Source: Amoeboaphelidium protococcarum X5 (lineage: Eukaryota > Fungi > Aphelidiomycota). From it: 11,982 nucleotides of DNA. The notes beneath the pieces were generated by a model that saw only the letters and a list, made by a program, of their open reading frames with translations, did not search any database and was not told the DNA's origin. The stretch lies in NCBI GenBank assembly GCA_023515725.1, contig JALDTO010000132.1:46470-58451 (forward strand). Direction: 5' to 3'. Position numbers and translations under genes: made by a program. Numbering within the stretch: position 1 is the stretch's first letter; each line of letters starts with the position of its first letter. Of this stretch, positions 10,265 through 11,982 are shown piece by piece.

Positions 10265-11080
10265 ATGATTATCGCTAATACTATGGTGCCTTTATCTGCG
10301 CTTTTGAGTTGTGCTTATGCTGCTGTTACTCAGCCACTGTGTCGCCCGACCGCGTCGGATATCGAAGGTCCTTACTACGTGCCTGGTGCTGAATCCAAAA
10401 AGTTGCAAGTGTGCAGTAATGCTAGTCCTGCGCATGATCGTCTGGTCATCACTGGTCGCGTCATCAGTTCTCAAGACTGCAAGAGTCCTGTGAGAGCTCA
10501 CTTGGACGTATGGCACGCTGATCTCAATGGCAAGTACTCTACCGCTTTCGATAAGGGTGGTGACATGGAGTGTCGCGCCGTCATTGAGACTGACAGGAAT
10601 GGCAACTTCAAATTTGTCACTCTGATGCCTGGTCGTTACGATGATGACGGCTTCCGCCCAGCTCATATCCACTTCAAGATCACGCCAATCGGAGAGGATG
10701 AGAATGGTGCTGTGGTCAAGTACAAGCCATTGTTGACTCAGCTGTACTTCCAGGATGATGCTTTCCTGGATCACGACTCTTGTCGCCATTGCAATTCTGA
10801 GGACCCTAGCCTGGTGGTGTCTCTGGTTCACTTGGCTGACATCAAGACTTTTGTGGGGCATTGGGATGTGATTTTGGACACTGTTACTGAATCTTCTTCT
10901 GCTTCTGCTGCAAATGATGCCGAGTTGAAGAAGCAAGTTGCTGAAGGCGCTGCGTACACCGAAGTCAAGGATCATATCGTGGCTCCATCTGACGATTTGT
11001 CTACTCTGCGAAAGGAGAACCAGCAGTTGAAGGATCAAGTCTATGCAATGAGCTAAAAGTTGATCAAACAAGAGTTCTGA
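10265..11080 (+). CDS. Intradiol ring-cleavage dioxygenase family protein (catechol/protocatechuate dioxygenase fold) with predicted signal peptide, 271 aa
   Basis: ATG 10265 gives MIIANTMVPLSALLSCAYA (signal-like). Motifs: DIEGPYY, LVITGRV, LDVWHADLNGKY, CRAVIETDRNGNFKFVTLMPGRY, RPAHIHFKI, LLTQLYF. The 2-Tyr/2-His Fe(III) ligand set (GKY, PGRY, HIH) and the preceding Arg are present. TAA 11054 is Gln, so the true end is ...MSQKLIKQEF-TGA 11078-11080. Confidence 0.92.
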
Positions 11081-11242
11081 TATGGAAGTTTAAGTAGCTG
11101 AGGTGAATGAAGTTAACCAAGATAATTAATGATAGAGTGAGGAAGGAATAATAATAAAGAAAATGCTACGAACGTTAATAAATGTCATTATAATAATATT
11201 AGTCAATCTTACCATCCCATGTAAGTGGCTGACTTGTTTAAA

Positions 11243-11866
11243 TCAATCAGAGTCACTATCGCTGTCCAGAGCAAGGGATGAATTACTTTTGCTTTTGCTT
11301 ACTTGACTCCATCTTTCAACCTTCCTAAGTAGATTACTTCTTACTTCCGTCAATTTCTTACCGTGCATTCTAGGAGTCGTGGGAACAGTTAATGTCTTGG
11401 CATTTTAGTTCCAAGTTTGCATATCGCCACCATTCGCATCGTTGCCAAATGACTCTTCGAACATGGCGGGTGATGTCTTTGCATTCTCTGAGCATATAGA
11501 CTCCAAATGATGAGCGGCAGAGTACAAGACAATTTCCCCAGCATCTTATCTGCATTTTGACAACAGATCCTTCAAAAAAGAATGCCACCGTGAGCCAAGT
11601 AGATAATCATCTTTCAAAATGTCTAGCTCTTGAGTTAGAAGCATCATGGACATTGAATCTGCAATAGACATTTATGGACTTGGAGCAGATGAGTGAATAG
11701 ACTGAGCTGATTTAAAGTAGTCCATAAAGTCTTTGATCTAAGTGCCCAATCTTGAGTAGACTTTACTCGCAGTAGCATGGCATTTTGACGCGTCATTTTC
11801 AGTGTTAAGTGAATGGTCAACATTACCATGAACATACAACTTTCCGATATGACGCAAAACTTGCAG
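11243..11866 (-). CDS. Hypothetical protein, probably 5'-truncated by the terminal repeat (207 codons open; first in-frame ATG at 11725 gives 160 aa)
   Basis: Frame free of TGA from the repeat junction (LQVLRHIGKLYVHGNVDH...) to ...SLALDSDSDSD-TGA 11245-11243. It contains in-frame TAA/TAG like its neighbours and has the same TGA-T stop context. No family recognised. Confidence 0.7.
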
Positions 11867-11982
11867 GGGCAGGGTAGGCAGGGCAGGGTAGCAGGGTAGG
11901 CAGGGCAAGGCAGGGCAGGGCAGGGCAGGGTTAGGGCAGGGTTAGGGCAGGGTTAGGGCAGGGTTAGGGTTAGGGCAGGGTT
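11864..11982 (+). repeat. Telomere-like G-rich terminal tract of mixed CAGGG and TTAGGG units
   Basis: Parse: CAGGGG CAGGG TAGG CAGGG CAGGG TAG CAGGG TAGG CAGGG CAAGG (CAGGG)x4, then from 11931 (TTAGGG CAGGG)x3 TTAGGG TTAGGG CAGGG TT. The G-rich strand runs 5'->3' to the end of the sequence and the proximal part is degenerate, both as expected for a telomere. Confidence 0.88.

Noticed and set aside
10292-11071. 259-aa antisense ORF overlapping the dioxygenase
   Set aside because: Explained by codon bias of the sense gene (few TTA/CTA/TCA in the relevant register); no recognisable domain.

Overview
Gene-dense eukaryotic nuclear DNA ending in a telomere-like G-rich tract. It uses a non-standard genetic code: TAA/TAG = Gln and TGA is the only stop (translation table 6), so the supplied standard-code ORF track is fragmented and misleading. 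Re-translated by hand, the window holds Rab2 (5'-partial, 1-663 +), a compact BRCA2/Brh2 homologue with 3 BRC repeats and two short in-frame introns (855-3692 +), a DH-PH-FYVE Rho-GEF with an N-terminal hydrophobic anchor (3752-6550 -), a DUF2415/Gid11-like WD40 protein with a complex 5' leader (7490-8692 +), a possible decayed Cys-rich gene (about 9173-9892 -), a signal-peptide intradiol dioxygenase ending in KQEF (10265-11080 +), and an unknown ORF (11243-11866 -) whose reading frame runs straight into a mixed CAGGG/TTAGGG terminal repeat (11864-11982). The code, fungal-like genes and moderate GC best fit an aphelid such as Amoeboaphelidium protococcarum (inference). The most notable observations are the recoded stops with strongly gene-specific TAR usage, the compound telomere repeat, and an apparent de novo telomere addition that truncated a gene. 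All translations and counts were done by hand.
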